Shown here: positions 1 to 11,898 of the stretch, piece by piece
How the letters are laid out: each line of letters opens with the position of its first letter
Position numbering within the stretch: position 1 is the first letter of the stretch
Assembly: GCF_006345805.1 (NCBI RefSeq)
Contig: NW_021836241.1
Span: 1-25,027, forward strand
DNA: 25,027 bases
Direction of reading: 5' to 3'
From: Octopus sinensis
Lineage: Eukaryota
Position numbers and translations under genes: made by a program
Notes under the pieces: generated by a model
Told to the model about the DNA's origin: nothing
The model's database searches: none
Seen by the model: the letters and a program-made list of their open reading frames with translations, nothing else

Positions 1-582
1 AACCGAGTCGTATTTAAACTCCTGGTCTACAATGTAATGTTTTTCCGATCTGTTTATATTATTTTCACTACTATACACATCTGATATTATTGTTCTTTCA
101 ATCCAAATTTATTGTACTTTATAAACAGATAGCAACACACAACCTTATATTTTAGCAATTCCAACCATGATTATTTTGCTTTGCATGGCATATCTTGCTG
201 TATATAATTTTGTTTTATTGCAAAAATATATATTTTTATTCTTTCCTGTTCTGGCTATATTTCCTCCATTAATGTTCTTTTAATTATGTATGTTGTACAA
301 TGTTTTGTTTTCATATCCATTATAAATCCATTATAAAAATTTTCTCTTTTGCTGGGATTAACATGCCGCCCACTTAATTCGTACGTCATAAAATAAGAAC
401 TACAGTCGCTGATCGTATAAAAGTGTCTATTAAAACAAAGACTCACTGTATATTTTAGTTTATACATATATATATCCAGAGAGAGTAATAACAGGAACTC
501 AAAGATTCATTCAGATCTCACATTAAGCTCTCCGCCAAGTACATGGCTATCAAGAATAGCTGTGGCTGAGGATAGGATGAAA

Positions 583-613
583 CGTGCTGACGTTTCTGCC
601 AGCTCGCCGCCTT
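583..613 (-). mobile_element. 5' stub of tRNA-derived SINE family M
   Basis: Reverse complement reads AAGGCGGCGAGCTGGCAGAAACGTCAGCACG, nearly identical to the heads at 10765, 14540 and 16438. Confidence 0.75.
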
Positions 614-715
614 ACTGACCTGTATACGTGCTGATAGATAAATCAGCTTGGTGGTTGAAAAATCCTACACTCAGCATAGAAGAAAACATTTACTCAAGGA
701 AGAAGGTTAATTCTG

Positions 716-926
716 AAGGTGGCGCGTTGGCAGAAACGTTAGCACTCCGAGCAAAATGCTTACGTTCTGAGTTCAAATTCCGCCGAGGTCGACTTTGCCT
801 GTCATCCTTTCGAGGTCGATAAATTAAGTACCAGTTGCACACTGGGGTGGATGTAATCGACTGAATCCGTTTGTCTGTCCTTGTTTGTCTTCTCTGTGTT
901 TAGCCCCTTGTGGGCAATAAAAAAAT
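716..926 (+). mobile_element. tRNA-derived SINE family M, near full length, small internal deletion
   Basis: A-box-like TTGGCAGAAACGTTAGC; B-box-like GAGTTCAAATTCC; central GTCGACTTTGCCTGTCATCCTTTCGAGGTCGATAAATTAAGTACC; tail TTTAGCCCCTTGTGGGCAATAAAAAAATA. Flanked by a 16 bp TSD with 2 mismatches (AAGAAGGTTAATTCTG 700-715 / AAGAAGGATAATCCTG 927-942). Confidence 0.9.
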
Positions 927-1140
927 AAGAAGGATAATCCTGGATTTACAGAAGTTGACTTATTGGCCCAGATGGCTCTACTTCGGTTGGAACATCTCAG
1001 TTAAGACTTATGTCCTTACTGTTGTCTTTCGAGCTTGCTTTGTCATACAAGTTTCTGTGTAAAGTTCTTAACAGATAACTTTTGTAATTTGTCCTTCCAA
1101 TGTCTCCTCAATTTTTCATCCTTGTGGCAAATATATAAAC

Positions 1141-1838
1141 GACGACGATGATGATGATGACGACGACGATGATGATGATGACGACGACGACGATGATGAT
1201 GATGATGATTATGTGGAGAATGATAGCGCTGATGTTGTTGTCTACTGTGTAGGCAATGTAGATGACGTCGGTGGTGATGCTAATGATTGTAAATTATGAT
1301 GATGATCATGAATATATAAACGATGATGATGATGATGATGGGGATGATACTGCAATGGGATGTCAGTGACGTTGATGGTGATGGTGAGGATGCTGATAAT
1401 GCCGGTGGTGATACAAGTGGTGGTCGTAGTGAGAGAGAGATAGTGATGATGAGGATGATGATGAGGAGTAGGAGGGGACGACACAGATGACGACGACCAC
1501 AAAGAAGACGATGACAATGATGAGGAAAATGACGATGATGCTGATAACGAGGACGATGTGAAGATGATGATGACGACGACGGCGATGATGATGATGATGA
1601 TAATGATGATAATGATGACGAATATGATGATGATAACGACAGCGATGAGGATTATGATGATGACAACGATGATGATAATGACGATGATGACCATGATGAT
1701 GAGGATGATGATGACGATTACGATGACCATGGCGATGATAACGATGATGATGATGTCGTTGATGACGACGGTGACGATGACTATAATGCCGATGATGACA
1801 ATGATGACGACGAAGACGACGATGATGATGATGACGAT
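1141..1838 (+). repeat. Degenerate (GAT/GAC)n trinucleotide array, about 700 bp
   Basis: Strong 3-nt periodicity; variants are mostly single substitutions of GAT; several phase shifts. It produces the M/T-, H/R- and I/V-rich ORFs in the track. Confidence 0.95.
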
Positions 1839-1943
1839 GGCGGAATTTCAAAGCAGCATAAAACTTTTGTACGCTGAAATTTTATTTATCAAAAAATTTA
1901 AAAGATACTTCTGTTTCATCTACCTCCTCTATCTCTGTAACTG

Positions 1944-1944
<1 letters not shown>

Positions 1945-1992
<48 letters not shown>

Positions 1993-2285
1993 TATATATA
2001 TATATGTGTGGGTTGTGTGTGTGTGCGTCTGTAATATAATACATATAATATATATATATATATAATATATTATAATGTATGTATGTATATACACATATAC
2101 TAAGGAAAATGAAGAATTTATATATAAAAAAACGGCCAAAATTATCTCAAAAAGAGGGCATATATGCATATGTACATATATAGATAGATATGTATATATA
2201 TTATATATATATATATTATATATATATATACATACATACATACATATGTATGTATATATATATATATATAATTATATATATGTAT
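1945..2285. repeat. (AT)n microsatellite block with GT/TACA interruptions
   Basis: Directly visible dinucleotide runs. Confidence 0.95.
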
Positions 2286-2518
2286 GCATAATTTTTTGGG
2301 CAAAGGCTCTACCGAAATTTGGAATCCTCAAAGGAATTCACAACAGGATAACCAAATAGAATAAATAGAACCTACTCAGCATAAAACCACTACGCTACTA
2401 GAAATCTGAAGATATTCTTAACAGAGAATCGGTTTGCCATTCTTGCGCTAACAATTGAAGAGCTTTTTAAAGTATTCACTGAAAATCAGTGGAATCTTTT
2501 TTACTATTTTTTGATATT

Positions 2519-3110
2519 AACACACACACCCTCACACACACAAACACACTCACTCACACACATACACACAGAAACACGCGCGCGCATATACATATGCAAA
2601 TATATATATATGTAGACATACATACATACATGCGTACGTACGTACATGCATACATTCACATATACATACATACATGCATTCATACACACAAACCTTATAT
2701 ACACACATATACATACGTGCATACATAGATACATATATGCTTTCATATACACAAACATACATACACGCACATGCATACATACATAGATACATAGATACAT
2801 GCATTCATACACACACATGCATACATACATACATTATACATCCATCCATCCATACATACATACATACATGCATACTTACATACGTGCACGAATACATAAG
2901 TGAGTGTGTATGACTGTATGGATTTTAAAATAAAACGTCCTTATCTAGAGAATCTAAAATATATACCTACTTGTAATTGTAATTAGAACCCAAAGACAAT
3001 TGGGGAGAATATGGACACACATACATACGCACGCACACATAAATCCCTTACACACACACACACACACACACATAAACATGATATAAACAGCAACACAGTC
3101 ACACATACAT
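2519..3110. repeat. (CA)n/(TACA)n degenerate microsatellite region
   Basis: CA, CATA and TACA runs with a short unique spacer near 2920-3010. Confidence 0.9.
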
Positions 3111-3170
3111 GGAGAATATATCTACATAATAAATACTGATACGTATATAATTCTTTGCACAAACACATTG

Positions 3171-3257
<87 letters not shown>

Positions 3258-3310
3258 ATATGTCTGTCTGTCTGCCTGTTTGTCTGTCTGTCTGTCTCCC
3301 CCCCTCTCTC
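3171..3310. repeat. Compound (TATC)n-(TGTC)n-(CT)n microsatellite
   Basis: About 21 near-perfect ATCT units followed by TCTG and CT runs. Confidence 0.95.
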
Positions 3311-3554
3311 TATATCCTCGGGAATAGCTTCTTTTTAAATTTCATCTTGTCCTTTATTGTCGTGAGCCAATACTGGCGATGACGTCTGATGTGGGTTCTG
3401 TAATTTCTTACTGAACAAACTGTTCAGATGGTTCGTTTTTAATGATTAAATATTTGTGTTGTACATTTGCTCACCCTTCCCAGCATTTTGACATTGCTTG
3501 TACGGCTGCACAGTGTGCCACACATCAGATGTCGAAGTGATATCAGAACAACGT

Positions 3555-3650
3555 CAAACTAAATGTTTTGGTGAAGAAACACAACGCAACACACGGCCCG
3601 CAAATCGAAACAGCGATCTCCTGTTCGTGTTAGCAACTCTCTAAACACAA
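3555..3650 (-). mobile_element. Highly decayed SINE head, type B
   Basis: AAATGTTTTGGTGAAGAAACACAACGCAACACACGGCCCGCAAATCGAAAC resembles AAGTGTTTTGCTCAAGAACACAATGCCTCGCCCGGTACAGGAATCGAAAC at about 13329-13378. Confidence 0.5.
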
Positions 3651-3699
3651 ATTCATACGCTCTTTATTGTTGACCATTTATTAATATATTCATCCAGTC

Positions 3700-4192
3700 A
3701 GTCGTGGGGGCGCAATGGCCCAGTGTTTAGGGCAGCGGACTCGCGGTTTCGACTCCCAGATTGGGCATTGTGAGTTTTTATTGAGCGAAAACACATAAAG
3801 CTCCACGAATCTCCGGCAGACCCTGCTGTACCCTTTCACCACAACTTTCTCTCACTCTTTCTTCCTGTTTCTGTTGTACCTGTATTTCAAAGGGCCAGCT
3901 TTGTCATACTCTGCGTCACGCTGAATCTCCCTGAGAACTGCGTTAAAGGTATACTTGTCTGTGGAGTGCTCAGCTACTTGCACATTAATAAAATGAACTG
4001 CGACGTCACTGTTGCCAAGCTGTATCGGCCCCTTTGCCTTTCCCTTGGATAACATCGGTGGAATGGAGAGGGGAGACTGGTATGCATGAGCGACTGCTGG
4101 TCTTCCATAAACAACCTGGCCCAGACTTGTGCCTCAGAGGGTAACTTTCTAGGTGCAATCCCATGGTTATTCATGACCGAAGGGTGTCACAA
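3700..4192 (+). mobile_element. Composite tRNA-SINE: head A + partial tail X + tail Z
   Basis: Head GGGGCGCAATGGCCCAGTGTTTAGGGCAGCGGACTCGCGGTTTCGACTCCC. Colinear with 12523-12835 up to about 3989, then about 200 nt of unrelated sequence. Perfect 9 bp TSD CATCCAGTC (3691-3699 / 4193-4201). Confidence 0.88.
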
Positions 4193-4586
4193 CATCCAGT
4201 CTGCCGTATTCATCTCCTTAACTTCTTTGAGATTTTAGGTATAATTATACTAATGTGTCTATCTGTTCTTATTTAATTAAATTCTATGTCTTTGTGCAGC
4301 TGAAGATTGCTCTACATTTTAAATTGATGTAATGATTGCATTGTTCAATTAAATGGAGTTGCATGAAACGATCGTTCTGCATTACATCTGGATATTCTTG
4401 TTGCTCATTTTGATTCAAATTACCTTATTTTGAAATTGTATCGATCATACCGTACTAAATTCTGGTGCCTCAACTTAAGTACCATATTGATCTGAATCTA
4501 AATTTTTGGTGAACTCATCTACCATATCCAAAGTATATATAGATATTCTATATATATATATATTATATATATATATATATATTACA

Positions 4587-4618
<32 letters not shown>

Positions 4619-4735
4619 CAAATGGATCATTTCTCGGTTTCAGCGAGGAGTATTCCTGAGAATTTTAATTGTTATATCATTGAATTTTAGTGCTGGCTAC
4701 AGACTGGGTTTCTCTCTCTCTCTCTCTCTCACACC

Positions 4736-4767
<32 letters not shown>

Positions 4768-5386
4768 CACACACGTTATGTTGACTGTGAAGTAAATATA
4801 ATGTTTATATAGACAGATCGTATTTGAACATGAAAACAAACGTATAACGAATATGAACACATCGCATATGAATGTTGAACGTGAACAAAGAGTTACGCAT
4901 ATTTATTTATATAGATAGCATGTGAACACGAAATAAACATATACAGAATGTGAACACATTACGTATATGTGTCGGACATAAACAAAACGCTACATATATA
5001 TACAAAGATATATATATAAACATGAGATGTATACAGAATGTAAACGCTAGCACATTTAAATAATGTGATAAAAGAACGTTATTACAGAATGGGAGTTTAA
5101 AGCAGTATTTGGGTTGTGGCAAGAATACTGCCTACTAAATATGTCAGATAGACAATAAAACAAAAGCCAAGAGCTAGAAATAAATTCCCATAACTTGTAT
5201 AAAAGGCAATAAAACTGGATATTATTTTTACAATAATTTTGTGAGAAAAGTTTCGAGGTTTTAAAGAGGCAAGTTTAATATATTCACTATTGTAACATTC
5301 AGCTTTGTTCAATCTGAGCTGTGGAGCAGGATTTTTCTCTCGTTGGTTCTGCTTTCCATTTTTCTTTCTTTCATTCTTTAATATAT

Positions 5387-5555
5387 TACGAAGGGTTGCT
5401 GAAAAGTGTCTGGCTTGAAAGGGTGTCGCGAAAAGCCTGGTTGGAGGTCCTGCCTTCCGAGTTCTTTTATGGGGCTTAGAAAAACAGAAGGACCGCTGAG
5501 TGAATCTGAGAGGGGAATATGTTGAATAAAATCATAATTAACGGTCCTCCTGTAT
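5387..5555 (+). mobile_element. Mariner-derived MITE copy 1 (left TIR + transposase C-terminal remnant; right TIR missing)
   Basis: TA followed by CGAAGGGTTGCTGAAAAGT, a mariner-type TIR. Internal sequence translates GLEKQKDR*VNLRGEYVE*, matching the mariner transposase C-terminal pattern GIxKLxxRWxKCxxxxGxYVE. Confidence 0.8.
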
Positions 5556-5564
5556 AAAGTCATA

Positions 5565-5731
5565 TATGAGGGGGGAGGGTTAAAAAGTTGCTGGCTTTAA
5601 GGGTGTCGCGAAAAGCCTGGTTGGAGGCCTTACCTTCTGAGTTCATTAACAATGTTAAAAAAAACTGAAGGACCTGATCCTTCTGTATTTTCTTTTGCCC
5701 AAAGTGAAGTACTTTCCAGCACACCCTAGTT
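5565..5731 (+). mobile_element. Mariner-derived MITE copy 2 (both TIRs, internal deletion)
   Basis: Repeats AAGGGTGTCGCGAAAAGCCTGGTTGGAGG of copy 1. Ends AAAGTGAAGTACTTTCCAGCACACCCTAGT, whose reverse complement aligns with the left TIR of copy 1. Confidence 0.75.
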
Positions 5732-5803
5732 CTTCTTCTTCTTCTTCTTCTTCTTCTTCTTCTTCTTCTTCTTTTTCTTCTTCTTCTTTTCTTCTTATTA
5801 TTA

Positions 5804-5860
<57 letters not shown>

Positions 5861-5932
5861 GTAGTAGTAGTAGTAGTATAGTAGTTGTAGTATTAAGGCG
5901 GCGAGCTAGCAGAAATGATACATGCGCTCGTA

Positions 5933-5995
<63 letters not shown>

Positions 5996-6004
5996 ATCTA
6001 TCTA

Positions 6005-6062
<58 letters not shown>

Positions 6063-6097
6063 TATTATATATATATATATATCTATATATATATATT
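5729..6097. repeat. Compound microsatellite (TTC)n-(ATT)n-(AGT)n / (TATC)n-(CT)n-(AT)n with an embedded SINE-M 5' stub at 5895-5915
   Basis: Motifs directly visible; stub reads AAGGCGGCGAGCTAGCAGAAA. Confidence 0.92.
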
Positions 6098-6477
6098 TAA
6101 TTTTATGTTTTATGTTTTCCATTTTCAGCTCTTGAGCTGTGGCCATATATATATACGTGTGTGCGTGTGTGTCACATAAGCTACGCTATTCACTATATAT
6201 AACTAAAAACCGAACAGCTAAATGTCATAAAAACTGAAACCAAGAAACAAAATGAATTATATTTCCTTTGTTTTACATATTGTCTCAAATATTTATACAA
6301 ATACATTTTAATTATGCAGCCTACACATACGAACGGATAGTCTTCTTCACATACAGACATATAAACACACACACACACACATGGAAGAAAAGAATGACTT
6401 ATGTATTCGCATGAGTATTAAGATTTTTTATTTTATGTACTTTTTATTTGCATCTCTCTATTTCTTCTTCTTCTTCT

Positions 6478-6495
6478 TCTTATTATTATTATTAC

Positions 6496-6551
<56 letters not shown>
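6478..6551. repeat. (TTA)n microsatellite, preceded by a short (TTC)n
   Basis: Near-perfect trinucleotide run. Confidence 0.95.
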
Positions 6552-6552
<1 letters not shown>

Positions 6553-6747
6553 GTTTTCTTTCTTGCTGTAATCGGATTTTCTTTCTATCGTCCAAAGTTA
6601 ATCGAATCCTATTTACTTCCGGATTCCACTTCAACTTCCGTTTTCAGCATTTCAGCGAAAACCTCTCAAAATAATACGAATAATAAGAGCATAGCTGTAG
6701 TGCTGTAAAACAGATAATACAAGAACAAGAAAAAAAAAACACAATAA

Positions 6748-6757
6748 CACCACACAC

Positions 6758-6816
<59 letters not shown>

Positions 6817-6891
6817 CTCCTGCGCGTACACACACACATATCGAAAGAAAATACGATGATAATATTATGAATAGAAATAAATTCAATAAGG

Positions 6892-6931
<40 letters not shown>

Positions 6932-6934
6932 ATA

Positions 6935-6966
<32 letters not shown>

Positions 6967-7100
6967 TAATAATAATAATAATATAATAATAATAATAATG
7001 AACATGATGATTATGATCATGATCAAGATTGTGGGGGTATTAGTGGTGGTGATGGTGGCAGTAACGAGGTCTGTGTTTGAGTTGTTGTTGTTGTTGTTGG
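6748..7100. repeat. (CA)n, (AAT)n (6887-6998) and degenerate (GAT)/(GGT)/(GTT) arrays
   Basis: Directly visible. Confidence 0.9.
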
Positions 7101-7236
7101 TGTTGAAGATAGAAAAAGGAAAGGATGCGAGTTTATATGAAGAGACTAAAAACGCCATTTCCTCCTTCATTTCTGTTTATCCATATTTACTGTCGTTTTT
7201 CTGCCAGCCAGCGCGAATACTTTCTTTTGTTTTAAG

Positions 7237-7246
7237 CACACACACA

Positions 7247-7302
<56 letters not shown>

Positions 7303-7582
7303 GTACATACAAACACACACAAACACATACACACACACACACATACGTACATACAAACACACATACTCACATACATAAGTACATATATACGCGTTTGCGT
7401 GTGTATGCATATATTTAAATATGTATGTATGTGCGTATGTTTGTATATGTATATATATATATTTATCTATATCTATCTATCTACCTATATATATATATAC
7501 ATTCAGACTGTACAGATACACACACACAGGTATATATACGTAGAGATATAAACATAGACGCACGCATGTATATATATATATA

Positions 7583-7618
<36 letters not shown>

Positions 7619-7940
7619 TCACACATACAAATATATACTCAAACGCATATCCATAAACACACACACACAAATCATCTTCCTCATCGTCATCATTCTTATC
7701 ACATCACTACCACCGCCTCCTCCACCATCCTTGTTTGATGTTCATGTATTCGACTTTAGAAATAAAAGCAAAACAAAAATCCAAACTTGTATATCGATCG
7801 ATTATGCAATTTTTTTGTTCAAATCATTTGTATTTACGACGTGTATAAATATATACATATATATATGTATATACATATATATATATGTATATACATATAT
7901 ATATATATATTATATATATATACATATATATGTGAATATG
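7237..7940. repeat. (CA)n, (AT)n and (CAT/CAC)n low-complexity region
   Basis: Directly visible. Confidence 0.88.
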
Positions 7941-8424
7941 TATATCTGTTTATTTATTGTTCGCCATATTCCAATCATTTCCTGTTTGCTATTTTTTTTC
8001 CACTTCCCAAGATAACAGGCAAGAATCCCTCCTATTCCCATTTATGTTTTACACAGTTTTGTGTGACTTGCAGTGAAAAAAGAAAAAAAAACATAACAAA
8101 GAACAAAAAATAATTACAATAAAATGAAAGAAAAAAAACAACAACAAAAACGGATAAGAAAAGACAAGAAAAGAAAAAGAGGAGGAGTTTTTCCAAAATC
8201 ATAGATGCGATAGTACTTCCTTAGACACCCCCCCACCCCGCCGCCTCCAGTCCCTCCCCTCCGTCGCTCCTTCCTGCTCCGAATAACCAAGAAAGAAGAA
8301 GGGATAAAAAAAATGAAAGTAAACTAACACAAAAATTAATGAGGCAAAGAAATATAAAACAGCGTCGCACTTCCTCGTATGACTATGTAAGACATATTTA
8401 ACTGTTAGCATCTCTTTCTGTTTA

Positions 8425-8897
8425 CATATGTATATACATTCGTATCTGTGTGTGTGGGTATGTGTGTAACATACGTGTTACAGTATCTGTGTATTTGTAT
8501 GGGTACATATATATACATATATTTATATATTAAATATACATAGATGTGTGTATATGTACATATACATTTACACACACGCACAAGTATATATATATGTATG
8601 TATTATATATATATATATATATGTATATATATTATATATATATATGTATATTGTATATATATATGCATGTATGTATATATATATATGTATTATATATATA
8701 TATATGTATGTATATGTATATATATATATGTATGTATATATATATATATGTGTATATATATATTACATATGTATACATACATATGTATGTGTATATATAT
8801 ATATATATGTGTATATATGTTGTGTGTGTATATTATGTGTATATATATGTGTGTGTGTGTATATATATATGTATATATATATATGTATGTATATATA

Positions 8898-8947
<50 letters not shown>

Positions 8948-9025
8948 GTATGCATATATATGTATATATATATGTTATGTGTGTATATATACACATACAT
9001 ATATTCACACTCATACATGTACATG
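8425..9025. repeat. (AT)n/(GT)n/(GTAT)n array, about 600 bp
   Basis: Directly visible; source of the YIYI/VCIY ORFs. Confidence 0.95.
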
Positions 9026-9584
9026 TCTTACTTTATTCTCTTATGTTTAGTGTGCTTGTAAAGCAGTTAACAGCAATTTTCTGCAAGAGAACTTTTACGT
9101 ATATTTTTGTTTTATTATTTTTGTGTCATCTTGTGGTAGTTGTTACAGTGGTTGACGCTGATGTCGTAGTAGCTATTTTCTTTTTATCTCTAGCTTCCGT
9201 TTATATTCTTCATATTGGACTCTTTCGTTGCTTATTTCTACTTCATCCAACATATTTAACCACTTATTACGATTATTACTGTAATTTTTCTTCTACTTAT
9301 TTGGCAACATCGCTCTAAGAACTAAATTTCTATTATTATACGACAAAAAATTATCATGGCTTTGAATTTCTTACCAAATTCTTAGTATTTTTTTAATATT
9401 TTACATTCTACTCTATTTTCTACACTGTTTCGCGATTTGCAAAATGTTTCAATAAGTTGGAAAAGTTAAATAACTACCTAAATACCGTGCTATGTTTAAC
9501 CGCAGGTCTGCCTTATCCGAGTCGACTTGAGATCAAAGCTATTCAAGACAATCCCACAGTTTGATTTGAGCCATGCGCCTTCAC

Positions 9585-9950
<366 letters not shown>

Positions 9951-10764
9951 AATGAAACTGACATTACTGACTACTGAGCACATTCTCAGAAAACAGGTAA
10001 TTTACATAAATTGTGGGTGTATACAGATAAATATCTACGCATAAATATGCCTATATATGCGTGAGTACATTTGCAGAAACACAGATGTGTGCCGACACAT
10101 ACGTATGTAACTATGTATGTACGTACATACACATGGTATTTTCCACATGAATTCACGCACTCTGTCATCCGCCCTTTGTATTCGTGAATAAACCGCAAAA
10201 GCACAGAGAACGGGTGTGTTACAGTTTGTTTCCTCATTGTTCTCCAGATGCATTGTGACCAGCTGGTGACTATCAATTCGATTCAAGTTCACTGAATGCT
10301 TTGTTGCTTGTCGATCTCATAAAATATTAATGGTCTCGCTGTTGATTCTTGTTGCCGATTTCTTATGGTTGTTGTTGTTGTCGCTGTCGTTTCTCTTCCT
10401 TTTGATGTTCTTCTTTAGCTGCAAGTCAGCCCTTATTCACGAAACCAGCGTCTAAAGGTGTCCGGAAACAAAGCCATCCGTGTTAATGTCATCCGTTATG
10501 ATGTTCCTGTATTACGACAAAATGGTTTTCTTTGAGGTTTGAGTGCTGGGGTGTAATCTTATATTTATCCTCATCGAAAAAGAAAAGTTATCAAATGAAA
10601 TCCAACGATTCGTTCATTTCTTAGACGTCAAGTAACAAATACCAAACAGGTTCTCTTAGTTTTGAAAACAATAAGGAGAAATTTCAGAGGCATTCTTCCC
10701 AACCATTTTATGATGAAATCTCATAAAAACACGTACAATATATTGTAATTATTATTATTACTAT

Positions 10765-11345
10765 AAGGCGGCGAACTGGCAGAAACGTTAGCACGCCGGG
10801 CGAAATGCTTAGCGGTATTTCGTCTGTCGTTACGTTCTGAGTTCAAATTCCGCCGAGGTTGACTTTGCCTTTCATCCTTTCGGGGTCGATAAATTAAGTA
10901 CCAGTTACGCACTGGGGTCGATGTAATCGACTTAATCCGTGTGTCTGTCCTTGTTAGTCCTCTCTGTGTTTAGCCCCTTGTGGGTAGTAAAGAAATAGGT
11001 ATTTCGTCTGCCGCTACGTTCTGAGTTGAAATTCCGCCGAGGTCGACTTTGCCTTTCATCCTTTCGAGGTCGATTAAATAAGTACCAGTTATGCACTGGA
11101 GTCGATGTAATCGACTTAATCCCTTCGTCTGCCCTTGTTTGTCCTCTCTGTGTTTAGCCCCTTGTGGGTAGTAAAGAAATAGGTATTTCGTCTGCCGCTA
11201 CGTTCTGAGTTCAAATTCCGCCGAGATCAACCTTGCCTTTTATCCTTTAGGGGTTGGTAAATTAAGTACCAGTTACATACTGCAGTCGATCTAATCGACT
11301 GCCCCCTCCCACCAAATTTCGGGCCTCTTGCCTAGAGTAGAAAAG
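10765..11345 (+). mobile_element. SINE family M head-to-tail trimer
   Basis: One complete head at 10765, then GGTATTTCGTCTG recurs at 10814, 10998 and 11182 (184 bp period). The third unit ends in an alternative tail (CCCCCTCCCCACCAAATTTCGGGCCTCTTGCC). Confidence 0.92.
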
Positions 11346-11438
11346 CTACAGATTGATTCAATAATTTTGCTGCTATTTTTAGCTGATCGAGCAATCATAT
11401 TAGTTGTCTTTCGTTGGACGGATACTTTGATTATTGTA

Positions 11439-11740
11439 AAGGCGCTTGACATGGTGATTAGGGAATTCGGCTGAGCATCATAAGGTTGTAAGTTCGATAC
11501 CCGGTGATGCGTTTTGTCCTTGGGCAAGACTCTCGATTTCGTGTTGCGTCCGTACACTTAACTGCCAAATTGAATATCTGTATTTAAAAAAGGTCAGACT
11601 TCTCACATTCTGCGTCACGCTGAATCGCCTCGAGATCTACCTTAAGGGTACGCGTGCTCAACTACATGCACATAAATTTCACGAGCACGCTGTTCGGTTG
11701 ATCGGATCAACTAGAATTCTCACCGTCGTAACTGACGGAT
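11439..11740 (+). mobile_element. Decayed tRNA-SINE: head B (CORE-like) + tail X
   Basis: B-box-like AGTTCGATAC (11491-11500); GTCCTTGGGCAAGAC (11516-11530) resembles the CORE-SINE motif GACCTTGGGCAAGTC; from 11578 colinear with 12725-12900. Confidence 0.8.
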
Positions 11741-11898
11741 AACCCACCCCCTGCTATTTTTTCTCACTCCGATTTGTTTATTTACTTATGTTCTGAGTTC
11801 GATTCCCCTTGAAGTCAATTCTTTAAGAACTCTTTCAAGTTCAAGAAAACATAAGAAACCAATGTAAATCTCCCTATTCTCGAATTTCTAATGTACAA

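Noticed and set aside
1130-1325. AATATATAAACGA repeated about 181 bp apart in the GAT array
   Set aside because: Flanks are low-complexity, so a real segmental duplication cannot be told from chance.
2420-2450. LTENRFAILA, resembling the NRFxxL motif of some LINE ORF1 proteins
   Set aside because: Isolated short motif in a frame with nearby stops.
5230-5312. CYNSEYIKLA on the minus strand, faintly like the N-terminus of hAT/ZBED transposases
   Set aside because: Too short; no further BED-finger or transposase motifs nearby.
8544-9318. Long ORFs of 168-256 aa (YIYI/VCIY type), and similar ORFs across the window
   Set aside because: They are translations of dinucleotide and trinucleotide microsatellites, which lack stop codons in several frames.
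10420-10540. Acceptor-like TTCTTCTTTAG followed by a 38-codon open frame (LQVSPYSRNQRLKVSG...)
   Set aside because: No convincing donor or polyA signal and no recognisable homology.
10765-11345. Regularly spaced repeats suggesting a CRISPR-like array
   Set aside because: Whole 184 bp units are homologous with no unique spacers, no cas genes are present, and the context is eukaryotic.
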